From Clostridiales bacterium (GTDB taxonomy: Bacteria > Bacillota > Clostridia > Christensenellales > Aristaeellaceae), in contig JAQXLU010000038.1 in assembly GCA_029012285.1 (NCBI GenBank), positions 4,440-68,439 on the forward strand: a stretch of DNA of 64,000 nt, written 5' to 3'. The first letter of the stretch is position 1, and each line of letters opens with the position of its first letter. Shown here one piece after another: positions 1 through 8,781 of this stretch. Under the pieces are notes generated by a model. It made no database searches and was not told where the DNA came from. It saw only the letters and a program-made list of their open reading frames with translations. A program made the translations under genes and the position numbers.

Positions 1-1
1 A

Positions 2-3000
2 GACACGCCGTTCTTCTTCAACGTCGGGCTGACTGCTTCCCTGGCCACGACCTTCCAGGTCGGTTTGCTTGTGGATACCTATTGGCCGGATGGGGGCAGC
101 CTGACGCTCGGCAAGCTCAAGATAGTGGAGGGCATGACCGGCTTTACAATCCTGCTGCGCCTGCAGGTGGAGATATCGTTTGGCGTGGGCATCAAGGGAT
201 TGCTGAGCGCTTCCGTGCATGGCTACGGCTACATCAGCGTTCTGCTTGAGCTGATGGGCGACGGGCTGTATGTGACGGTCAGCGGCAGGGTCGGCTTCTA
301 TGTGCTCGTGCAGGTGTTCCTGCTGAAATGGAAGATCACGCTCTACGATATGGGCGAGACCACCCTCTATACGAACAAAAAGAAGAGCGCTGACAATTTC
401 ATGCTGCGGATTCTGGAGCCTTTCCTCCCCAGTGCCGTGGCGGAGAGCAGCAGCGAGGCGCCGGAGGACACCTCCCTGACGCCCGAAAGCTATCCGAAGC
501 TGGAAATCAGCAGTGCCCAGGCGGTACTTTCCGATGTGTCGATGGCGGGTGGCGATGTGCAGCTTCTCACGCTGAACGGGGAGACCTTCGCCTTCTACCT
601 GGATAGGAAGGGCGACGGAGCGCATGTGAAATGGGTGAACCTGAACGATCCGGCCAGGTCGGGCGATTTTTCGCACATTCTGAGCGAACATGGAATGAGC
701 GGCCTGATCGATTATGATTTTACCGTGGGCAAGGTGGCGTATCAACAGATTGATCCGAATACCCCTACCTTCAGCGATATGGGTGTCCTGTGTGTGTTGG
801 CGACGCCGTCCATGCAGAGCGTATACACCGAGATGGAGGACGGCAAGCGGCTTGAAATGCAGGAGCCGACCCAAACGATTGTCTACAATATCGGCTTTAC
901 CGGCAAGACTGACGGGCAGGGAAAGATGCAGCACGAGTTTTTCGGCAGCAGCGATCTCTCAAAGTGGAACAGAACATATGTGGCACCCACCATCACGCTA
1001 TACAGTGCAAAGGTCAACTATGATCGGAACCTTAGAAAAGCACTCTACTATGTGGATATCTCTGCGTTTCCGATGGAGCAGCAGAGCGCAGGCCGGCAGG
1101 AGATCAGCCGCCTGCATGTGCAGAGCAGGCACGATATTGTTTATGATTATGGGTATGGGGGCACCTATGAAACCAAGAAGGAGGATGAACGCTCCCTGTA
1201 CAGCGCTCCGGATGGAATGAAATGCTATCAGGTGCAGAGGGGCTCATCGGAGCTCTTTGGCCAGGATGCGGACGAATACCATAGCTATAAAGAGGTCGCT
1301 ACCCGGTTTGATTCGGTGTATACGCTTGTGTGCGAGAAGGAATCCCCACTGACGGGAGAAACACAGCTGATTCACCGCACCAACGGCCTGAATTCCAGCG
1401 CGATTGAGCTTGACAGGGGACAGATTCGCTATTACAAGGCTCAGATTGGTGAGGTGCAAGGGAAGAAGCAGACGGATATGCTCTTCTACCTCGTCGAGGA
1501 GGCGCAGGGCAAGCAGCAGTGCCGGCTCAAGGGAATCCGGGTGGAGCATACGCTGTCCGGGCCGTCTGGCAAACGGGAAACGATGTCTGTGGACAGCGCT
1601 GCATGGGCAGACTACGATGTCATTGTCCCGGCGAGCAGCTTTGACGTGGCCACCATCGACGGCACTACCTATCTGTACTGGCTGGAGGCGGTTGAACCGC
1701 AAAGCGCGGCGGATGCGAAGCGTTACCGCATCAGCGGCGTCATCTATGATCCGGTCGCCGACCGAATGTCGGATGATTTTGTGCTGGCGGAGTTCGTGCC
1801 GGAGCGCAGCGACGATGAGCCGCAGAAAATCATGCTGACCAGGGACGGAAAGGGATACTTCATCGTGAACCGGGGCGAAGGAGACAGCGCCACAGCCACG
1901 CTGTACAGCTTCTCCTTCCAGTATGTGCCCAGCCTGGATCTGAAGAAGATCGCGCTGGCGGATACGCTGGTGAGCGCAGGCTCGTACAACGACCTGGTGT
2001 TCACCATCACCAACGATGGCAACACGGCGATCTCCAGCTTTGACCTCCAGCTTCAGCTGCTGGAAAACGGCAGCAGCACGACGGTGCAGACGATTCACGC
2101 GGATATCGTCAGCCCGGATCAGAGCTACAGCCAGACACGGCGAGGCACGGTGAACGGCGAAACGAGCATCTACCGCATGGAGGATGCCGCAGAACCGCTG
2201 GTGCAGAGCGAATGGCACATCCAGCGCAAGCACCGCAAATACAACGCCTCTGGCAGCAGCTACACCGAAACGGAGAATGCGCAAAGCGCGGAAACCGGAC
2301 AGCTGCTTCCGGGCATGACGGCGGCATTCAAGACCTCCCTGTGGATCCCGGCGAATTGGGAGGGCAAGAAGCAGGTGCGGCTGCAGCTGAGCCGCTGGAG
2401 CGCCCTCAGGACGGGCGGCACGGGCAATGCGCGGGCGGTGGCCAACGGCCTGGAGGAGGAAATCGTCTATGAGCTGCAAAGCGACGGCACGATGGTGCGC
2501 GTGCAGGCGCAGCCCTATGCGCTGATGCGCACGAATGCGCAGCCGGAAAGCTCGCTCTATACAAGCTCCATTCCCGCAGCCCAGGGTATTTCCCTGAGTG
2601 CCGTCCATGACATCGAGCTGGATTACAGGCTCTACCGGGATGCCGACGATGTGCAGTGGGTCAGCCTGGTGATCACGGACGAGGCGGCAACCGCAGAGCC
2701 GATCCATCTGACCGCGCAGGTCTATCTGGACGACAGCGCAGAGCCGATCTACGTTGCCCTGCCGTATTACGACCGATCCGTCTCTGCCGGCGGCACGCAC
2801 AGCATCGACCTGCCGGTATCGGCGCTGCTGGGCGGGAAGATGTGCCACAAGGCGCGCATCGCTGTACACGGCATCGGCGTGGAGGAGCGCGACGATGCGG
2901 ACAACGAGATCCTGCTGGTCTTTAACCAGAGCATCCCGGCGCTTGCATTCGCCCTGCAGCCGCAGGATGACATGGCGCTGGAGGGCGAAATGGTGACGCT

Positions 3001-3322
3001 GAGCGTGGAGCCTGTCGGCGGCGTGAAGCCCTATGCCTACCAGTGGCAGGTAGCCGGACTGGATGGAAAATGGACGGATGTCGAATTCGGTACGGCGGAT
3101 ATGCTGAACGTCGGGCCAGTCACCAAGGAGATGCAGGGCTGGAGATACCGTTGCCAGGTGACAGATCACTATCTGACAAAGGCTTACAGCGACGAGGCAA
3201 AGCTGACCGTAATGGAAGCTGTACCGACGGGGGACGAGAGCGGTTCGGAGCTGTATCTGGCGGCTGCTGTCTGTGCGCTGTTGGTGCTGCTGCTGCGCCG
3301 CAGGAAGCGCCAGCCCGAATAA
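2..3322 (+). CDS. Large surface/adhesin-like protein, 5'-partial (continues upstream of the window), with a C-terminal Ig-like domain and membrane anchor
   Basis: The frame is open from nt 2 (no stop before the TTG at 65), and the stop is TAA at 3320-3322. The sequence is beta-rich and repetitive, with CARDB/Ig-like looking modules (e.g. LVFTITNDGNTAISSFDLQL). The last ~90 aa before the anchor fit an Ig I-set-like pattern (GEMVTLSVEP..YQWQV..GWRYRCQVTD..AKLTV). They are followed by the hydrophobic helix LYLAAAVCALLVLLL and the basic tail RRRKRQPE. Confidence 0.75.
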   Translation, partial: DTPFFFNVGLTASLATTFQVGLLVDTYWPDGGSLTLGKLKIVEGMTGFTILLRLQVEISFGVGIKGLLSASVHGYGYISVLLELMGDGLYVTVSGRVGFYVLVQVFLLKWKITLYDMGETTLYTNKKKSADNFMLRILEPFLPSAVAESSSEAPEDTSLTPESYPKLEISSAQAVLSDVSMAGGDVQLLTLNGETFAFYLDRKGDGAHVKWVNLNDPARSGDFSHILSEHGMSGLIDYDFTVGKVAYQQIDPNTPTFSDMGVLCVLATPSMQSVYTEMEDGKRLEMQEPTQTIVYNIGFTGKTDGQGKMQHEFFGSSDLSKWNRTYVAPTITLYSAKVNYDRNLRKALYYVDISAFPMEQQSAGRQEISRLHVQSRHDIVYDYGYGGTYETKKEDERSLYSAPDGMKCYQVQRGSSELFGQDADEYHSYKEVATRFDSVYTLVCEKESPLTGETQLIHRTNGLNSSAIELDRGQIRYYKAQIGEVQGKKQTDMLFYLVEEAQGKQQCRLKGIRVEHTLSGPSGKRETMSVDSAAWADYDVIVPASSFDVATIDGTTYLYWLEAVEPQSAADAKRYRISGVIYDPVADRMSDDFVLAEFVPERSDDEPQKIMLTRDGKGYFIVNRGEGDSATATLYSFSFQYVPSLDLKKIALADTLVSAGSYNDLVFTITNDGNTAISSFDLQLQLLENGSSTTVQTIHADIVSPDQSYSQTRRGTVNGETSIYRMEDAAEPLVQSEWHIQRKHRKYNASGSSYTETENAQSAETGQLLPGMTAAFKTSLWIPANWEGKKQVRLQLSRWSALRTGGTGNARAVANGLEEEIVYELQSDGTMVRVQAQPYALMRTNAQPESSLYTSSIPAAQGISLSAVHDIELDYRLYRDADDVQWVSLVITDEAATAEPIHLTAQVYLDDSAEPIYVALPYYDRSVSAGGTHSIDLPVSALLGGKMCHKARIAVHGIGVEERDDADNEILLVFNQSIPALAFALQPQDDMALEGEMVTLSVEPVGGVKPYAYQWQVAGLDGKWTDVEFGTADMLNVGPVTKEMQGWRYRCQVTDHYLTKAYSDEAKLTVMEAVPTGDESGSELYLAAAVCALLVLLLRRRKRQPE

Positions 3323-3558
3323 GGGCTGTATTGGCCAAATATCAAACCTGATGAAGTGATTTCACATGATACTGATACGGTTACAAACAAGAAAACATCA
3401 TCACACGCTGGAACACACAGGAAAACGAAACCATCGATGCGCCTGTTGAGGGTTCCATAGCTTTTTGCTTGGTTTCTGAGGTCGAAGGTGCATACCGCCT
3501 TCCTGCAGAGCCGGTTGCAGATGGAGTTGTTGATCAGTATCACAAGGTAATCGCACGC

Positions 3559-3597
3559 AACAGGAGCCAGACGTTCTTTGTACGTCCGGCTCCTGTT
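3559..3597. terminator. Hairpin between convergent genes (10-bp perfect stem AACAGGAGCC/GGCTCCTGTT), without a clear U-tract
   Basis: The inverted repeat is read directly from the sequence. It lies between the 3' ends of the surface-protein gene and the GH3 gene. Confidence 0.35.
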
Positions 3598-3616
3598 TGA
3601 CTGTACATCATGTACA

Positions 3617-5746
3617 TCACGCCAGAATGAAGTCCACGCTGTTTTCTGTCAAGCTGTCGTGCCCGATCCACAGCCTGAAAGCGCCGGGCTCGCTGACATA
3701 GTGCATATCTGCATCATAGAAGCGCAGCATGTCCTCCGTGATCACGAAGGTGACCTGGCGGGATTCTCCTGGCTGGAGACTGACCTTCTGTAATCCCTTG
3801 AGTTCCCGTTCAGGGCGGATAACGCTGCCATGCATGTCGCGGAGGTAAAGCTGAACAGCTTCCTTGACAGGCAATTCGCAGCGGTTCTCCATCGTCACAC
3901 AGGCAGTGATCTGCCCATCCTTTTGCAGGATGTAACTGTCCAGCGTCACAGGCGAATAGCTCACTTCGCCGTAGGACAGGCCGTATCCGAAGGGGTACAG
4001 GGGCTCGTTTGGAGCGTCCAGATAGTTCGAAGTGAAGGCGAAGAATCCGTCCTTTTCCGGCTTGGGGCGGCCGGTAAGGTTGGCTCCATAGGATATGGGT
4101 AACTGGCCGGTGCAGTAGGGCATGCTCATGGATAGGCGGCCGGAAGGATTGACCCGGCCGAACAGGATGTCCGCCAGGGCGTAGCAGCCACAGGAGCCGG
4201 GCAGCCATGCCTCAACCAGGGCGCTCGTCTTTGCAGCAAGCTCCGGTACAGCCAAAGGCCTGCCGCCAAAGAGCACTGTCACAATGCGAGGATTGACCGC
4301 ATAAACAGCTTCGAACATCGCTGTGTGTTCCTTGGACAGAGAAATATCCGCCTTGCTCTGGGATTCGCCGGTAGAACGCTGGTTTTCGCCCAGCGCCAGA
4401 ATGACCACATCAGCTGTCCGGGCAGCAGCCAGCATGTCCTCCGTCACATTGTCCGAAGGGAAGAAGGTCACATCCGCCTGGGGATAGAGCGTCTCGATGC
4501 CCTTGCGCATGGTGATGGTCTGATTCCAGTCAGCGAAGAGCGCCCACGAGCCAGTGATCTCTCGATCCTGTGCCAGTGCGCCTGCCACCACGATCTTCTG
4601 CTTGTCAGACAGGGGGAGCAGGCCGTCGTTCTTCAGCAGCACGATGCACTCCTCTGCCACCGAGCGGGACAGTGCCTGGTGTTCTTCGCAGAAGATCAGC
4701 CGCTTTTCGTCTTCGACAGACGCATCCTTGTAAGGATTCTCAAACAGACCCAGCGCATTCTTCAGTCGCAGGATGCGCATGACGGCTTCGTCCACCATCG
4801 TTTCGGAGACCTCGCCGGTTCGGATCAACTCCTCCAGATGGTGCAGATAGCACTCGCTCATCATCTCGATATCACAGCCGGCAACGATGCCCTGCCTTGC
4901 CGCATCTGCATGATCGCGGGAGGTGCCGAACACGATGGTTTCCCGCAGGGCGCTGAAATCGGAGATCACCACGCCGTCAAACCCCATGTCCTCCCGCAGG
5001 ATGTCCCGCAGGAGACGGCGGTTGGTCGTGCAGGGCTTGCGGTCAATGGTATTGAAGGCTGTCATGACCATGGCAGCTCCGGCCTTGACAGCTGCGCGAT
5101 AGGAAACGAGGTAGTCCTCCAACAACGTGTGCTCGGAAAGCTCGGTCACGTTGTAGTCGCGCCCGGCCTGCACCGCGCCGTAGGCCGCAAAGTGCTTGAT
5201 GCAGGAGGCCATCTTACCTTTCCGAGCCATGTTGTCGCCCTGAAAGCCACGCACCATATGCTCTGCCATGCGGGCGTTGAGCCAGGGATCCTCGCCGGTG
5301 GCTTCCATGCAGCGGCCCCAGCGGCTGTCACGGACCAGATCGATCATGGGAGAGAAGGTCACCTGTACGCCGGCGGCAGAAGCCTCCCGGGCAGCCACGG
5401 CAGTGACCTGCTCAGCAAGCTCAGGATTGAAGCTTGACCCGATGGCAATGGGCACAGGGAAAATGGTCTGGTAGCCGTGGATCACATCCAGCATGAACAG
5501 TGCCGGAATGTGGTGAGGCTGCAAGGCCATCATGCGGTCCTGCAGATCAATGATCTTCGCTGCGCCCCTGACGCCCAGCAGGCTGCCCACGCGGTAAGGC
5601 TGCTCCTCTGTCATGGCGAATTTCTCCACCGGGCCGGTGCATACGCCGTCGTTGTCGAAGAAGCTGCTATCCAGCTGTACCAGCTGCTCGATCTTCTCCT
5701 GCAGGGTCATCTCCTGCAGCAATTTCTGAAGCTTGTTTTCGTCCAT
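3617..5746 (-). CDS. Glycoside hydrolase family 3 beta-glucosidase/beta-xylosidase-like enzyme
   Basis: The protein starts MDENKLQKLLQEMTLQEKIEQLVQLD and contains GH3-typical blocks (VISDFSAL.., KHFAAYGA, FGYGLSY). The ATG at 5746 is preceded by GGAGAGGGAA. The upstream extension of the tracked ORF to 5899 has no RBS and overlaps the GH43 gene. Confidence 0.85.
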   Translation of the reverse strand: MDENKLQKLLQEMTLQEKIEQLVQLDSSFFDNDGVCTGPVEKFAMTEEQPYRVGSLLGVRGAAKIIDLQDRMMALQPHHIPALFMLDVIHGYQTIFPVPIAIGSSFNPELAEQVTAVAAREASAAGVQVTFSPMIDLVRDSRWGRCMEATGEDPWLNARMAEHMVRGFQGDNMARKGKMASCIKHFAAYGAVQAGRDYNVTELSEHTLLEDYLVSYRAAVKAGAAMVMTAFNTIDRKPCTTNRRLLRDILREDMGFDGVVISDFSALRETIVFGTSRDHADAARQGIVAGCDIEMMSECYLHHLEELIRTGEVSETMVDEAVMRILRLKNALGLFENPYKDASVEDEKRLIFCEEHQALSRSVAEECIVLLKNDGLLPLSDKQKIVVAGALAQDREITGSWALFADWNQTITMRKGIETLYPQADVTFFPSDNVTEDMLAAARTADVVILALGENQRSTGESQSKADISLSKEHTAMFEAVYAVNPRIVTVLFGGRPLAVPELAAKTSALVEAWLPGSCGCYALADILFGRVNPSGRLSMSMPYCTGQLPISYGANLTGRPKPEKDGFFAFTSNYLDAPNEPLYPFGYGLSYGEVSYSPVTLDSYILQKDGQITACVTMENRCELPVKEAVQLYLRDMHGSVIRPERELKGLQKVSLQPGESRQVTFVITEDMLRFYDADMHYVSEPGAFRLWIGHDSLTENSVDFILA

Positions 5747-5789
5747 GAAGTTCCCTCTCCTTGTCAGCCTGAGGCTGTATGATCTTGCG

Positions 5790-7282
5790 TTATAGGTGCA
5801 TGCTGAAGGCCGTGACCTGCATTGCTGCGCCTGTGTTCTCCCGACTGGTGGCGTATAGGCCAATGACCGTTCCCGTGAAGCACTTGCCAGCAATTTCAAC
5901 GGCCAGAAAACGGGTGCTGGCCTCGCCCAGCAGATGATATGCGCCTTCCAGATCGTAGAAAAAGCTGTACTTCTCCCTGTCCGATACCATCCGCAGGCGG
6001 ACTTCCCCCGCAGGCACGGAGATCTGCCGGATGATGTGATGGATGCTTTCCATATGCTGCGTCAGGGTCAGCAGACCGCCGTGGCCCAGCGTGCAGGTCA
6101 CATGGAACATGCTGCTCAGGCGCAGGGCGAGGCCGGCCTCGTCACCGGGCTGGAGGGGCTGGAAGGTGAAGGTGACTTCTGTCGTGCTGTCAAAGCCCAT
6201 GGATCGCATCGCCGCAAAGGTCGGCGTGGGATCAGCGAGCGTTTGGGACGTACCGATGAGGCGAATCATGCCGGGCAGGCGTTGATGCCTGTGCATGTCG
6301 GGCTGACGCAGGAAGAACCACTGCGGTTCCCAGTCGGTGCGGCGCATGTCTGCCGTGAAGGTAGGCCAGGGCTGCTGCACTGCGGTCAGAGGGCCTTCTT
6401 CCTCCAGGACGGCATGGCGGTCAGCGTGGCTGCACACGGGCCAGCCATCCTCCCAATGGAAGGGGGTCAGGAAGGTCTCGCGACCCAGATGGTTCATGGT
6501 GCGCCGCGCCAGACGCACCCCCAGATGCACCATCCACCAGTTGCCGTTTGTGTCCTCCACCAGATCCCCGTGACCGGTGCAGAGCACCTCCCAGCGGGTG
6601 TCGCAGACATTGGTGAGGATGGGATTGTGCGGACAGCCCTCATAAGGCCCCGTGATGCTGCGGCTGCGCGCAAGTGTTACCATGTGTGTCCAGAAGGTTC
6701 CGCCTTCCGCAGTCAGCAGGTAGTACCAGTCACCAATGTGGTACAGATGGGGTGCTTCAAGGAAATGCGCTCCGATGCCCGACCACAGCGTATACCGCTG
6801 ACCGATGATGTGCCCGGTGGCCGGGTCGATCTCCTGCGCGGTGATGGCTTCCCGGTCGGGGTCAAGGCGGTCATTGGTACAGTACCATGCATGCCCGTCC
6901 TCAAAGAAAAGGGAAGGATCTATGCCGCCGATCTCCGGGAGCCATACGGGGGAAGACCATTCGCCAGCGGGGTCCTGAGCAGTGATGATGAAGTTCCCAT
7001 ACTTCTCCAGTGTGCAGGTCATGTAGAATCTGCCCTCGTGGTAACGGATGGTGGGTGCCCATATGCCGCCGGAATCGGCTGAGCGCAGCATGGGGTACGC
7101 ATCCGGCCGCGCAAGCGCGTTGCCCAGCAGTGTCCAGTTCACCAGATCACGGCTGTGATAAACCGGTAAGCCAGGGAAATACTCAAAGGAGCTTGTAACC
7201 AGATAGTAGAGTAGTCTGCGCCCACGCGGCAGATGCTGGGATCGGGATGAAAACCGGGCAGGATAGGATTCTGATAGCGCAT
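5790..7282 (-). pseudogene. GH43 beta-xylosidase/alpha-L-arabinofuranosidase, reading frame broken near codon 25
   Basis: The conserved GH43 N-terminus MRYQNPILPGFHPDPSICRVGADY is in one frame (ATG 7282, RBS GGGAGG). The continuation YLVTSSFEYFPGLPVYHSRDLVNWTLLGNA.. is in another frame. The junction sequence on the coding strand is GACTAC-TCTAC-TATCTG (plus 7199-7216). The span is 1493 nt, which is not a multiple of 3. Confidence 0.75.
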
Positions 7283-7638
7283 GCTTGCGGCCTCCCAATC
7301 ACGGGTTATAATAGGAGAAAATTCTTGCTGTTTGGGGAGAATCCCTGCCGCGCGCCTTTGCAAAATTTATTCCGGTCCAGATATCAGCAATTCCAAGGGC
7401 TTGTGGACCTTGAGGAGAATACTTGCACAGGATGAATCCATCTGCAGCCTGGAACAGAAGGAATTCTGACTTATTGACAATGGAACGGAGCGTATGGAAT
7501 CATACAGCAATAACCTGAAAGCGAGGGAGCCATGTGCAAAAACGCGTGATTCGCGATTCGCTGGATCTGTGCAGCCGGATGAGAAAATGGTGCCGTTCCG
7601 TGGTGGAAAACCGCTGGCTGTATACCCTGCTTGCTGTG

Positions 7639-8517
7639 CTATATGGAGAAATGCTCATTCCGCCATGCTCTGGGGCTTGCACCTATGGTCTGATGGAATG
7701 CGCGGGAGAAATGCAGCTGATTGGGGTAGCCCACAGCCGCCGCAATATCCTTGATGGACATCTGCGTGCTCTTCAACAGCTGGCACGCCTTGGTCATGCG
7801 ATAATGAATCAGGAACTCCTGGGGCGTCTTCCCCATGGTTTCATGGAATATTTTTCCGAAATAGCTGCGGTTGAGGCCGCAGAAGCTGGCGATGTCCTCC
7901 ACGGAGATGTTCTCCTGATAATGCTGCTCAATGAAGTTCATGGCCTCGCGCAGGTAGAAATCCCGCACGCGCTTGCCCTTGCTGTCCCGGCGCATCGCAC
8001 TGGAACGAACCAGCTGATCCAGGAACAGAAAGCCGTACCCGGTCAGGTGCAGCGGCGATTCTTCGCCGTGATCCACCACATATAGCATCAGCTGACCAAG
8101 CTTTTCCGCCTCCTGGGGGCTGACCGCACGGTAGACTGGCTGGCTGATGGTCAGCCCTGCTGTATCCAGCGATTCCTTGACCCGAACGCCGTCAAACTCG
8201 ATCCATGTGTACTCCCAAGGATCATCCTCATCGGCATGATAATGGTTGATTTGCCCGGGACAGATGAGGAAGCCCTGCCCGGCATGGAGGTGATAGTAGT
8301 GGGTCTGCTTTTCCGCATCGTTGGATTCCAGCAGGCCCTTCCCAGACAGAATATAATGAAAGAGAAAATGATTGCGAACCGCGGGACCATAGGCATGGCG
8401 AGGTTCGCATTTTTCCCATCCGAACTGATACATGCTGAAATCTACAAAGCGGTCGTCCGGAAAAACGTGAAAGCGTACCTTGCTGCTGGTGAAGGTATTG
8501 ATCTGCCGCTCCGCCAT
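7639..8517 (-). CDS. AraC family transcriptional regulator (cupin-like sensor plus C-terminal double HTH)
   Basis: The start is MAERQINTFTSSKVRFHVFPDD. The C-terminal region is ISVEDIASFCGLNRSYFGKIFHETMGKTPQEFLIHYRMTKACQLLKSTQMSIKDIAAAVGYPNQLHFSRAFHQTIG. Only the last 292 codons of tracked ORF 7639..10413 are credible, because the rest is antisense to the binding-protein gene. Confidence 0.9.
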   Translation of the reverse strand: MAERQINTFTSSKVRFHVFPDDRFVDFSMYQFGWEKCEPRHAYGPAVRNHFLFHYILSGKGLLESNDAEKQTHYYHLHAGQGFLICPGQINHYHADEDDPWEYTWIEFDGVRVKESLDTAGLTISQPVYRAVSPQEAEKLGQLMLYVVDHGEESPLHLTGYGFLFLDQLVRSSAMRRDSKGKRVRDFYLREAMNFIEQHYQENISVEDIASFCGLNRSYFGKIFHETMGKTPQEFLIHYRMTKACQLLKSTQMSIKDIAAAVGYPNQLHFSRAFHQTIGASPRAWRNEHFSI

Positions 8518-8628
8518 GTCGGATACCCCCTTTTCTGCGCTGTTTGTAGTATATACCATTTTGCGACATAAATGCAAGTTATTTGCAGAAAAAATGCGAA
8601 TTGATATATATCTTGCAGCAGCACGATA

Positions 8629-8658
8629 TTTACGAAAAAGTATGCCATGTGTTATAAT
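8629..8658 (+). promoter_or_regulatory. Candidate sigma-A promoter for the ABC operon (TTTACG-18-TATAAT). An alternative is TTGATA(8601)-18-GATATT(8625).
   Basis: The hexamers are read directly in the AT-rich divergent region 8518-8781. Confidence 0.4.
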
Positions 8659-8781
8659 GCATTTGCAAAGCGGAAGAAAACAAGCCAGATAGAACAAATC
8701 GACTTGTTTTCGACCAACGTCGTTATCCCTGGATGCGTCCTGAAGGAAGGACGCGGTATCATGAAAAGGAGGTACCCCTAC

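Noticed and set aside
1244-3169. 641-aa ORF antisense to the surface-protein gene
   Set aside because: It is a shadow ORF typical of high-GC DNA. Its composition is dominated by R/A/G/H/L/V, it has no RBS and no recognisable motifs, and it is fully nested opposite a better-supported CDS.
3225-3322. LPXTG sortase signal at the C-terminus of the surface protein
   Set aside because: The closest string is AVPTGDES, which does not fit L-P-x-T-G (Pro and Thr spacing is wrong). I therefore call it only an anchor-like hydrophobic helix plus a basic tail.
3184-3543. 119-aa minus-strand ORF and the lower-GC patch 3340-3600, a possible IS or integrase remnant
   Set aside because: I could not align it to any transposase, integrase or other family from memory. 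It has no RBS and overlaps the 3' end of the surface-protein gene. I treat the region as convergent intergenic DNA with a terminator-like hairpin.
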